Positions 54,605 through 64,000 of a stretch of DNA of 64,000 bases are shown in pieces. The stretch is from Diplonema japonicum (lineage: Eukaryota; Protista; Euglenozoa: Diplonemea): NCBI GenBank assembly GCA_964019335.1, contig OZ025733.1, positions 1 to 64,000 of the forward strand, read 5' to 3'. Under the pieces are notes generated by a model. That model saw only the letters and a program-made list of their open reading frames with translations. It was not told the DNA's origin and made no database searches. Both the position numbers and the translations under genes were made by a program. Numbering within the stretch: position 1 is the stretch's first letter; the number at the start of each line of letters is the position of its first letter.

Positions 54605-57600
54605 ATGAAGTCGCGACGTGGCAAGGAGAGGAAGGCCCCCTTGCGAAAGAAATCGACGAGGTTTGAAAAGCCGGAGCCCACAGAGGTGTACCCGAAGTTA
54701 GATCTGAGGGATGTGTACAAAAGGCAGTGTTTGGCACTCGGTGTCAAGCCCAACACCCAGATGCTGTGTGTGGTACCAGACGGGAAGGACAGCGACACCT
54801 GTTTGGAAGTACTGGACGCTGGTTGGAACTACCTTGGGGACAAGGGTTCCAGAGCTTTGCTGGAGGTGATCAAGATGTCGCAAAACTTGAAGGCGATTCA
54901 GCTAAGCAGCAACGGGATCACAGACACCACGGTTGAAATGCTCGGCACAGTGCTTGCAAGACACCCCGCTGTAACCGCCATCGACTTGTCGAACAACAAG
55001 ATCACTCAAGAAGCGGTCCCTGCCATCAAGAAGCTGATCAGAGAGAACAAACGGATTGCAAAGATCGAGCTTCGCGGGAACACCAACATGTACGAGGCGA
55101 CGCTTAACGACATCGACAGGCTTCTGATGGAGAACGGGGAGGCTGGTACCAGCAAGATGAACAAGTCTTTACGGCAGATTCTTTGCAAGTTCTCATCGCC
55201 CGCGCCCAGCAGCCTGGCCCGCAAGCAAGGTTTTCTCGACTGGGCAACAAACAAAACCCTCCGCAAGCCTGTCAGAAACATCGATGGTTGGGCACCCATC
55301 TCGGTCTTCATAGGCAGTACCTTCTCCGACTTCCACACAGAGCAACACGTTATAGCCAACCGAATCCTACCCGAGCTCAACCTCCGTCTCAGGAAGCACA
55401 AGATCTACTTGCTACCCATCGACCTGCACCAGAACAAACAGTACAACTGCGACTCCATCGAAAACATCCAGAATGTCAAGTACTGCATCGGCACGCTGCG
55501 ACGCTCTAGCGACATATTCATCGGACTGTTCGGGGAGGTCCTCGGGTGGGTCCCCTCCGTCGACGAGATCCCCAACTACCAGATATACTCCAAGATACGG
55601 CAGGTCGCATCGGAGGAGCCCACGTCCATCACTTACATGCAGTACCTGGAAGCTTTTAAGTACAAAGTGGATGCGGGTCAGGCGCCTGTTGCATTCTTCT
55701 ACACACGGCACCCCAATGTCACTTTGGACATACCCGCATCGTTGAAGGACAGCTACTGCGACAAGCCCCACAGGAAGTGCTGGTGCGCAATCGAGAAAAA
55801 AAAGATCATTGAAAGCGTACCCGAAGCCCTGGTGTACGCTGGCTACGGTGCGCACTTCAAGTCGATCGACAGGTTCGGGCAAGTGCACTTGTGTAGGATT
55901 GCCGACTTTGAGGAAACGGTGCAATCCGACCTGTTCAACGCATTGGAGGTCATGTGCGATGTTGGGAAGTCTCCCCAGAAGGACTACACAAAGGTGATGA
56001 AGGAGAGGTACACCCGAGGCGGGAACATCTTGAAGAAAGTGCTTGCCAAGTACCACAGCTTCACGAACAGGACATGGGTGGGGCGCAGCGAGCTGGTGGG
56101 CAGCACGATGCAGAACATCCTGCCCGACATCAACGACATGCATGACTCGCGGATCATAGTAGTGACAGGCCCCAGGGGGTGCGGCAGGACATCTCTGCTC
56201 TGCAAGGTGGCTCATGTGGCAGGCAAGCTGCAGCAGATGGACGTCATCGAGCACTACCCACTCCTGAAGTCGGTGGTGCCCTCCGCAAGCGATATCAGGA
56301 GTGTTGTCACAGCGCTTTACACGCAAGCCTGCAGAATACCGGGCGCGCCGCTGTGCACACGAGAGAGCGACATCATGGAATCGATGAATACGAACGCGAT
56401 GCCCACATATTTGTGGTCTTACTTGTCGCAGGTCAGCAGGGCCACAGGCAAGCCCATCGCTGTGGTGTTGGACGACGTTGAGAGCATCGCAGGTGTCGAG
56501 TCCTGCCTGGACCTGCTGGGCTCACGCACTAACATACCGTCCTCGGTGCGTGTGCTGCTGTCTGTGCCCTCCGACCGAAAGGATTTACTGAACGAGCTGA
56601 AAACCATCGACCCCAACCACAAGGTCGTCCCCGTAGACAGACTGCTCATCAAAGAGCGCAGAGCCTTCCTAGAGGAGCTCCTCTCCCCATATGGCTGCAT
56701 CCTCTCCCCCGCAGACACGCAAGCCATCATCAGTAAGGAAGCTTCCGTGCTTCCAATGTACTGCAAGCTGCTCGCAAACGAGATACTCCACAAGTCCACT
56801 CACATGGCGGAGATGAGGGTCATCAGCAATGCGCCTGACAGCATGATAGGGCTCGTTACGTACATGCTGGGCAACAGGGAGGCTAAGGAGAAGATCTCAG
56901 GCGGGCAGTTGTACTTTACGAGGCTGTGCTGCGTACTGTCCGTAAGCAGGGCGGGGCTGGGCGACCAGGAATGTCGCGAGATTCTGATGAAAACATTCCC
57001 AGGGGGGGAATCATACCTCCCCAAGGAGCGCAGTGGATACCAGTCAGACGAGAGCAGCGCAGAGAGGCACACGGCAGAGACGAAGGACACCAGAAGAAGG
57101 CTATGGGGGAGGTGGGCAAACACTCCAAGGCTGCTGCCTGGCAGCATATGGTCACGGTTGATCTTCGAGCTGCGCCCCTTCTTGCACAGGAAGGTCGAGG
57201 TGCCCGCTGACTACATCGACTCGTACGTGTTGTGCTACAGCAGCGAGAGCATCAAAACCGCTGTTGTGGAGAGGTACCTCACCACTCGGAAGCGCACAGC
57301 TAGATTCCACGCACAGCTAGGAAACTACTACAGAGGGAAGCTGTACATACCTTATAAAATCCTGTGGCGAAAAGCACTCAGGGAGTGCGTGTACCACTTA
57401 GTTAAATCCTGGTCTTGGGACACGTTGATCACCGTGCTGCGGCCCTCGTTCATCTACCACGTCATCCAGCAGGGCTTTGCGTACGAGCTGCGAAGGGACT
57501 TCGGCGAGGCAGAGAAAGAAATCGGAGAGTGTCTGTCCGTGCACAAGTCAGACTTGTCGTTGCAGAAAGCACTCATGAAGCACTTGCGTTCAGTTACCGA

Positions 57601-58975
57601 ATACAAGGCCTTCTTGCGTGCCTACACCACGCTTGTCCAGGAGGGACCGCACATGCTGTACGGGGCGATGCTCACAGCCCCCACCGACTGGAAGATGGCA
57701 GCGCAGGTACGAAGCGCATTCGCCAGCAGCAATATTAGTTACCTCGCACCAAAGATCGACACCTTCCACGAAATGCGGCGGGAGGGAAAAGTTTCCGATG
57801 CTAGTTACTCCGAGGTATCCATCGTAGCAGGTAGCACCTTCTTGTTTACATGGGCTGCAAAGCCAGTTAGCAAGCAGCAAGGACGGGGAGGGTACCTCGA
57901 GAAAGGGGTCGTGTACGTGTGGGCACACGAGGGCACCCTCGTGCGCACTTTGGACACCGCATCAGACGACCCTGTGGTGCACGTGGTACTGTCTGCAGAT
58001 GAGGAACAGGTGCTGATCGGCAACACATGGCAGCTCACCTTGTGGAGCGTGAGCAAGGGGACCATGCTGGGCGACGTGCGGCTTCCCTTCAAGGGCACGG
58101 CGGAAATCAAAGGGCTGACCTTCTTCCAGGAGCCCGTCAAGCGGCCTGACGCGATGGACGTACCGCTCAAGTCATTTATGATGTGGGACACAAGCGGGAG
58201 GGTCCTGCTGTGGGACACCTTCACAGACAGAGGCAGAAGCATGACAGACACCACGAACACCGCCGTCGACATCGATATGTCACCAGGAGGCGCCAAGCTA
58301 GTCGTGGCCTACGAAGACTGCTCATGTGTCACCTACTCCGCCATGAGCAAGACACCTGCAGTGGTGGCCACCTACACAGGAAGGGACACGCCCAGGATGG
58401 CCAGGTTCGTGCACGAGACCAGCACGCATGTCATTACATTCACGAACCGCAACCTTGCACTGTGGCATGCTGACACGGGCACAGGCATCTTGCAGGTGGA
58501 GATGGACACTTTCAACGTGCTGGCCTCGCTGACCTATCACCCTAAAGAGGGGCTCATTGTGGCTGTGGACCCCCCCAGCGGTATCACATCTTGGAATGTG
58601 GTGAACGACTCGGGCTCGGTGGCAGTGAAGCAGCGGTGCCACACTCCGGTATCGAACGACTGGAACACCCTAGCCGATGGGCTGTTCTGCTGCACCAGCG
58701 AAGGGACCGTCGTCTGCGCCAAGCAGGGCATCGTGAGGTTTGCCATCCATGGCTCACCCCCTTCTTCTTCCGTCACGTTTGCTACGAAAGCACCCCTCCA
58801 GCACACCACACCAGGCCCTTCTGACTGTGTCCCCATCACGTGCTTGGTGTGCACCCCGAACAAGCCATACACCTTCTTCACGGCAGACGGCAGCTCAGGG
58901 ACGCCACTCCTCTTCACGCTTACCAAGCAAGAAGTCCACCATGGACAGACACCATTGCGGGTGTGTTTGGACTGA
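54605..58975 (+). CDS. LRR + DUF4062-like + NACHT-type P-loop + WD40-like protein (TEP1/NWD-like STAND NTPase)
   Basis: RNI-like LRRs (LSSNGITD, LSNNKIT), VFIGSTFSDFHTEQ, Walker A GPRGCGRT, Walker B AVVLDDVE and a beta-rich C-terminus. Confidence 0.85.
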   Translation: MKSRRGKERKAPLRKKSTRFEKPEPTEVYPKLDLRDVYKRQCLALGVKPNTQMLCVVPDGKDSDTCLEVLDAGWNYLGDKGSRALLEVIKMSQNLKAIQLSSNGITDTTVEMLGTVLARHPAVTAIDLSNNKITQEAVPAIKKLIRENKRIAKIELRGNTNMYEATLNDIDRLLMENGEAGTSKMNKSLRQILCKFSSPAPSSLARKQGFLDWATNKTLRKPVRNIDGWAPISVFIGSTFSDFHTEQHVIANRILPELNLRLRKHKIYLLPIDLHQNKQYNCDSIENIQNVKYCIGTLRRSSDIFIGLFGEVLGWVPSVDEIPNYQIYSKIRQVASEEPTSITYMQYLEAFKYKVDAGQAPVAFFYTRHPNVTLDIPASLKDSYCDKPHRKCWCAIEKKKIIESVPEALVYAGYGAHFKSIDRFGQVHLCRIADFEETVQSDLFNALEVMCDVGKSPQKDYTKVMKERYTRGGNILKKVLAKYHSFTNRTWVGRSELVGSTMQNILPDINDMHDSRIIVVTGPRGCGRTSLLCKVAHVAGKLQQMDVIEHYPLLKSVVPSASDIRSVVTALYTQACRIPGAPLCTRESDIMESMNTNAMPTYLWSYLSQVSRATGKPIAVVLDDVESIAGVESCLDLLGSRTNIPSSVRVLLSVPSDRKDLLNELKTIDPNHKVVPVDRLLIKERRAFLEELLSPYGCILSPADTQAIISKEASVLPMYCKLLANEILHKSTHMAEMRVISNAPDSMIGLVTYMLGNREAKEKISGGQLYFTRLCCVLSVSRAGLGDQECREILMKTFPGGESYLPKERSGYQSDESSAERHTAETKDTRRRLWGRWANTPRLLPGSIWSRLIFELRPFLHRKVEVPADYIDSYVLCYSSESIKTAVVERYLTTRKRTARFHAQLGNYYRGKLYIPYKILWRKALRECVYHLVKSWSWDTLITVLRPSFIYHVIQQGFAYELRRDFGEAEKEIGECLSVHKSDLSLQKALMKHLRSVTEYKAFLRAYTTLVQEGPHMLYGAMLTAPTDWKMAAQVRSAFASSNISYLAPKIDTFHEMRREGKVSDASYSEVSIVAGSTFLFTWAAKPVSKQQGRGGYLEKGVVYVWAHEGTLVRTLDTASDDPVVHVVLSADEEQVLIGNTWQLTLWSVSKGTMLGDVRLPFKGTAEIKGLTFFQEPVKRPDAMDVPLKSFMMWDTSGRVLLWDTFTDRGRSMTDTTNTAVDIDMSPGGAKLVVAYEDCSCVTYSAMSKTPAVVATYTGRDTPRMARFVHETSTHVITFTNRNLALWHADTGTGILQVEMDTFNVLASLTYHPKEGLIVAVDPPSGITSWNVVNDSGSVAVKQRCHTPVSNDWNTLADGLFCCTSEGTVVCAKQGIVRFAIHGSPPSSSVTFATKAPLQHTTPGPSDCVPITCLVCTPNKPYTFFTADGSSGTPLLFTLTKQEVHHGQTPLRVCLD

Positions 58976-59187
58976 GCCAACCGAAAAACCGCAAAATAAA
59001 CATAATCTAAAAAGAATATGAAAAAGTAACCTAAAAGGGAAACCTATCTTTTAAAAAGAAAACGATGTTCATAAAAGAAAAAAAAAGAAAAAACAAACAG
59101 TATAGTTATAAAACAGTAATCCATTCCCCCCCCCCCCCCCCCCCCACATCGTTCCCCCCGCATCACATCACAGACACAACACAAGCA

Positions 59188-59985
59188 ATGACGGCTATCT
59201 TGCGGGAGGTGAGCTGTCAGATAGGTGAACTGAGTCGGGCAGATGGCTGTGCGAGGTATAGGCATGGGGAGACGGAGGTGCTGTGTTCGGTGTCGGGGCC
59301 CATGGTGGCATTGGAGAAACGGTGTGATGTGACGAAAGCGGTGATTGAAGTGGTGGTGAAGGGGACGGACGAGACGACACGCGCGGGTGGCGGCAGCAGG
59401 GTGCTGATGGACCATGAGAAGTACGACGACACGCTAGCAGTGAGCGAAGTGTCTGCAGTGGTACAGAGCTGTATGGGTGCAGTGGTGCAGACGGCATCCC
59501 TCCCGAGACAGAGACTGCTTTTCACTATTATCGTCATCAACAATGAAGGTTCTCTGCTCTCGGTGGCCGTGAATGCTGCCATGCTGGCCGTGCTCGATTC
59601 GGGTATACCGTGCACCTCAACTCTCGCAGCAGCGCAAGCCTGCACCATTGACTCCAAGCTCATCCTTGACCCAACTCTTGCAGAGCTCGAGAAATCTGAG
59701 TCCGCTGCTTTTTTCGCACACATCATCGCCAGTGACGATGGTGTTGTTGCGTCTAGGTATGTTTGGAAGGAAGAAAAAAAAAAAAAAAAAAAAAAAAAAA
59801 ACACACACAGCACCTCCGGCCCTGCCATGACATCCGACCTGTACTGGTTATACCTCAAAACAACCAGGAATGCCTCTACCACACTAGGGAATCTCTTTAG
59901 AAAATTTATGCAGGAACAGAAGGGTGCGAGACAGGTATCCCTCCCCATCCCCCTCAATCCCCTCAATTTTTCTTGTGCAGGATGA
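59188..59985 (+). CDS. RRP46: Exosome complex RNase PH subunit, RRP46-like, two exons (59188-59756, 59811-59985)
   Basis: LSRADGCARY..GETEVLCSVSGP, NEGSLLSVAVNAAMLAVLDSGIP and LILDPT..E. Confidence 0.85.
   Translation: MTAILREVSCQIGELSRADGCARYRHGETEVLCSVSGPMVALEKRCDVTKAVIEVVVKGTDETTRAGGGSRVLMDHEKYDDTLAVSEVSAVVQSCMGAVVQTASLPRQRLLFTIIVINNEGSLLSVAVNAAMLAVLDSGIPCTSTLAAAQACTIDSKLILDPTLAELEKSESAAFFAHIIASDDGVVASRYVWKEEKKKKKKKKNTHSTSGPAMTSDLYWLYLKTTRNASTTLGNLFRKFMQEQKGARQVSLPIPLNPLNFSCAG
59757..59810 (+). other. 54-nt GT-AG intron, poly(A)+(AC)n type, in frame and stop-free
   Basis: GTATGT...A-run...ACACACACAG. Removal deletes an implausible poly-Lys insert. Confidence 0.85.
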
Positions 59986-60137
59986 TACGCTGGATGAAGA
60001 TGTATAGGGATAGGGGGGGGGTGAAAAAAAATTGCATCACATATTTTTTTTTTTATTGGTCAGACTGACATGGGTCGGTCTTTTCTTTTTTTTTAATTTT
60101 TTGCTTTTTTTTTTCCCCCCCCCACTATCACAGGTTT

Positions 60138-60167
<30 letters not shown>

Positions 60168-60168
<1 letters not shown>

Positions 60169-60368
60169 TGGTCACATTCGGGATGCCATATTTCAACGCA
60201 GAGGCTGCCAGGGAAGAGATCCGGCAAGAGCGGCTAAAGAAGCGAGGAGCGGTGACATCCCCAAAGGGGGGTACAATCGTGGTAAGCAAAAATGCAGCAA
60301 AAATGGTTATGGATCACTCGAAGAAACTGCTAACAAAGCTCAAATTTACTTATTGTAAGAGCATGTAA
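60168..60368 (+). CDS. Small hypothetical protein (66 aa, MVTFG family)
   Basis: CAG acceptor at 60133, A-rich leader, coding-like composition, and an N-terminus shared with 63067. Confidence 0.62.
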
Positions 60369-60633
60369 GTGACGCGTTCAAGATGGCACACAGTTGCGTT
60401 ATCCCTCTCACCTCTCCCTCCCTGTTTTCTTTTCTTCCAGCAGTGCCTGCGTCTTTAGTTCTGGCGTACTACTTGCTTGTCTAACTTTTTTTTTTTTATT
60501 TTTTTTTTTATGTATGTGGTCACAGCAGCAATTTTTCTTTTCCTTCTAAATTTACTTCTATTTCTTTCTTTTTTTCTTCCCCCCCCTCTTCCTTTTCCCA
60601 TTCTCAACCTTTTTTTTTTCTTCTTCTTTTTTT

Positions 60634-60869
60634 GGGACACCGTATTTGAAACAGTGAAAAGCATTACTATGCTGGGGTGCACAGTGTGCTTGCAGCCCAC
60701 CAGAACGAAGAACACTAGGTTTGCCACGGCGCTGGATGCGGTCGACAGGCTCGCGGTAACCCACATCACAAGATCGCGTAAGGCTCTACTGATAGAGGAC
60801 TGCATCCTCCCAGCGGCGCTCTACGGAGTGCTCTACACACCGCCCACGGACTCGCTTCTGGACTCCCTT

Positions 60870-60870
<1 letters not shown>
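60634..60870 (+). mobile_element. Non-LTR retrotransposon fragment (post-RT/thumb region)
   Basis: VKSITMLG...R...A...RL......RKALLIEDCILPAALYG matches the conserved LG...R...ILP..LYG region; bounded by T- and A-runs. Confidence 0.6.
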
Positions 60871-60904
<34 letters not shown>

Positions 60905-61009
60905 ACACTGGGGCTTGGCCAAAAAAAAAATATAAAAAGGCCAGCAAGCAAAACAAAAAGAAAAGCTCCTTTTGGGGTTACTACCAAACACTCCCCCCCT
61001 TTTTTTTTA

Positions 61010-61050
61010 CAGGCGTCCTGCCACACACCGCAGGTACCCTTAAATGTCTC
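61010..61050 (+). mobile_element. Solo 3'-terminal ~41 nt of the LINE at 4450
   Basis: CAGGCGTCCTGCCACACACCGCAGGTACCCTTAAATGTCTC between T-runs. Confidence 0.75.
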
Positions 61051-62345
61051 TTTTTTTTTAATATTTGAATTGTTTTTCCTCTTACGTGGCATGCGATTTA
61101 ATTTCTCTCTTTTTTTTTTTTCCAGGTGTCGAGGATTACATGGGGATTTGAAGAAAGTCCATTCATCACCGTGAAGATGCTCAGGGTGGCGGGCCGGAAA
61201 ACTGGACTAGTGCAGAAACGTACAGCTTGTGCAGGGCGCTGCCAATACTGGCCTCCTTTGTCTCTTATATCCTTTTTCCTTTTTAAGATTTTTTGGTAGG
61301 TCGGTCTTTCAAAGACATAAAAATATTCGGAGGGGGTTACAAAAAGGTTGTCTGGGGGGGGGAAGAAAAAAAGAAAGAAGAAAGAAAAAATATCCCATCC
61401 CATCTCCCCCCCCCCCCCCCTCTCTCTCTTTTGTGCCCTATCAACAGATTTCTAGCGTTGTAGGCGATTGTGTTGTGAATGTTAGTTTTTTTTTTTGAGG
61501 GGAAATCATAAGAAGGAAGAAAAAAATATTTACACCCCCCTCCTTACCGGTTCCAAGTTAAGCCCCCAGTGAATTTTCCTAGGCACGCTACCGTTCTATT
61601 CAATTTGGTACCAACGGCTTGCAAGCGGGTCGTCTTTCTGATATTTTTCTCAGTCATTTTCTCTTTGAGGATTCCGTTGTCACGTATTTTTTTTCTTTTT
61701 TTTGCCTCGTTTCTTCTTCTCCCTCTTCTTCTTCTTTCTCCTTGCCCCCTTACTTCCTTCTAGCTAAACACGGGCTTGTTTGGTCTGGTGACTCTTCACA
61801 GCGTCGTGGGGTCAGCCACACAAAACACACGAAAAAAAAAAAAAAAAGAAAAAAAAAAGAAAAAAAAGCCTTGTGGACACCCCAATCTTGCAAACTGGTT
61901 CTGACCCCGCATCTCTGAGTGTAAAGCAAAGGATTTTTTTTTTCTTCTTTTTTCTTTTTCTTTTTTTTTTTTTTTTTTTTTGGCATTCTCTGCTTGGCAC
62001 ACACTTTAGAGGTATTTTTTTATGGAGATAATTTTAAAAAAAAAAAAAAAAAAAAGAATTAGTGAAAATATCGTGATTTTCACGCGTGGTGGCAAGGGTT
62101 AATAAGTGGGTATATACCTTACACTCACTTAGCTTATGAAGTAACATCAATGAGTAAACATGCCGCCACCAGTGAAAGCCGGATCTATACCGTATTAATT
62201 ACATTGTTTTATTTCACGACAGTCGCGTTTGAAAGTGTGGGATATTACAGGTTGACGGCGAAATGTGAAATAAAGTGAAATAATATTTTCGCTCCCACAC
62301 TGGCTGGAGTTATAAACATATGTAATCTTGCATGTCCACAGGGTG

Positions 62346-62385
<40 letters not shown>

Positions 62386-62664
62386 CCTTCTTGTGTTTAG
62401 GGATAAGGTCACGAATTTTCCTTTCCTTTCTTCTCCTTTGTTTGTTGACAAGCAAGAAAAGGATATGCCTGGCATGGTGTATTCTGCTATCTTTAGCTTG
62501 GGAAAAGACGGAGGGAAAAAAAAAAAAAAGAAAGAACGAGAAACAAAGAAAAAAAGGGGGAAAAAAAAAAAAGAAAAAAAACTACCTTTATACATGCGCA
62601 CGGCAAGTCACTACCATCACTTTATTATCTTTCATCTTCCATCTGTTTTTTTCTTTTTTCTTTT

Positions 62665-62695
<31 letters not shown>

Positions 62696-62837
62696 CTTCT
62701 TTTTTAAGAATTTGTTTGTACGTGCCGGGTAAAAACCTGGAAAAGTGTGTAAAACCCCAAACACAGGTCCCCTTTTGTTTAGACAAGTCAAAAGACTCGT
62801 TCTTGCAAAAAGAAACTGGACAAAACCGAAAATTGCT

Positions 62838-62871
<34 letters not shown>

Positions 62872-63066
62872 TTTTCTAAATAAAATTGCTGCGTGAACTC
62901 GAGAGCGAAATGGTACCTCTATTGTTTTTCTTTTTTTTTTTTTTTTTCTGTTCTTTTTTTTTTCATTCTTCTGTGTTCAAAAAAAAAAAAAATCAATACA
63001 GGTTATTTTTCAAACAAAAAAAAAAAAAAAAAAAAAAAAAAAACACACAAACTAACGCTCGAAAAA

Positions 63067-63270
63067 ATGGTGACCTTTGGTATCCCTTTTTGCGACCCTA
63101 CAGAACTCGCCAATGAAGAGCTGCAGGAGAAAGAAGCCTCAGAAAAGGTGAGGGGGCCGAGCTTCTCTGTCTTTACTCGGTTTTTGCACGCGCGGAGGCT
63201 GAAAGACACTAAAAACCTGAATAGCGAGTTAGAGCTTCAGCTAGTTGCGCACGAAATGTCCCCGCACTGA
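63067..63270 (+). CDS. Small hypothetical protein (67 aa, MVTFG family)
   Basis: ATG after an A-run; MVTFGIPF...EE resembles MVTFGMPY...EE at 60168. Confidence 0.6.
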   Translation: MVTFGIPFCDPTELANEELQEKEASEKVRGPSFSVFTRFLHARRLKDTKNLNSELELQLVAHEMSPH

Positions 63271-64000
63271 GAGTAGAATACACGGGGGGTTTTTTTTAAT
63301 TTTTTGCTTTAAGAGGTTTTAAAGCACTGATATATCCCAGGAATTCTTTTTAAGAAAAAGATAAAAAAGAAAGAAAAGAAATAAAAGAAACAAAATAAAA
63401 AAAAAATAATATTAATTCTCTTTTTTTTTTTTTTTTTTTTTATTCTCCCTCTATCTCTCCACACAATATTTAAAAAGAAAAAAAAAATTATATATGAAAT
63501 GTTATGATCTCTTACTGAGATGTGATCTTTTAAAAAAAAAATTTATTTTTTTTTTACCCTTCCTCTTCTTTTTCCTGCCTCCCTCTATTACCTCATCGGG
63601 CCTTAGAGGCTAAGCGTTATATCACCCATCCTGGCCACTATCTTCCAGAATAGGAGGTACCCCGGTTAGCTTTTATTCCCACTATGTGAGTCTTGCTTTT
63701 TTACTTTTTTTTCTTTCTTAATACATTCTTTTTTTAAAGGTGCTCCCTGCCATATGTCTGCAGGTTTCCCTTCAAAGACACGAAAAAAAAAGTTTTTTTT
63801 TTTCCTCCCTCATTTTTTTTAATAACCTTTTTTTTTGTCTTGATTTTTTTTTTCTTCTTCTTTGATGGGTCGTTGTAAACCCTTCACCCCCCATCAAAAT
63901 TTTTTATTATTCCATTCTCCCTTTTTTGTTTATCCCCCCCCCTTTTTTTTTCTTGCGTGTATGTGCGTAGCGCATTATGCTTTCGTAAACTTAATCGAAT

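Noticed and set aside
63580-63680. Weak resemblance to antisense 5S rRNA (ATCACCCATCC)
   Set aside because: The match is only about 10 nt and the rest does not fit 5S sequence or structure.

Overview
Eukaryotic nuclear DNA, most likely from a euglenozoan and probably a diplonemid. This is inferred from strictly co-oriented, almost intron-free genes, CAG trans-splice-like acceptors before the ATGs, GTATG...CAG mini-introns and a DTPAP-repeat multi-TM surface protein. Positions 1-9.7 kb are a transposon graveyard: a piggyBac remnant, a full-length decayed pogo/Tigger-type element, a Sola-like element and transposase fragment, hAT-like MITEs, a LINE fragment and a dispersed repeat. From ~10 kb to 63 kb there is a + strand array of about 18 genes. 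It includes a USP deubiquitinase, a CDC123/R2K ATP-grasp protein, a gamma-tubulin complex component, a methyltransferase, a PKA-R-like cNMP protein, two PH-like paralogs and a CaaX zinc-finger protein. It also holds a SPRY protein, an LVIVD/DTPAP membrane protein, two Cys-rich repeat paralogs, a broken DUF1295 gene, a MYST acetyltransferase, an LRR-DUF4062-NACHT-WD STAND protein, RRP46 and two MVTFG microproteins. Spacers between genes are rich in homopolymers. The most notable observations are: (1) a non-LTR retroelement whose 3' end abuts T-runs rather than a poly(A) tail; (2) strong CpG decay confined to transposons; (3) ~53-nt GT-AG introns built from poly(A)+(AC)n instead of a polypyrimidine tract; (4) a composite element present both intact and split by nested insertions into its A-tracts; (5) a pair of related unannotated microproteins. 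All calls were made by eye; no database searches were run.
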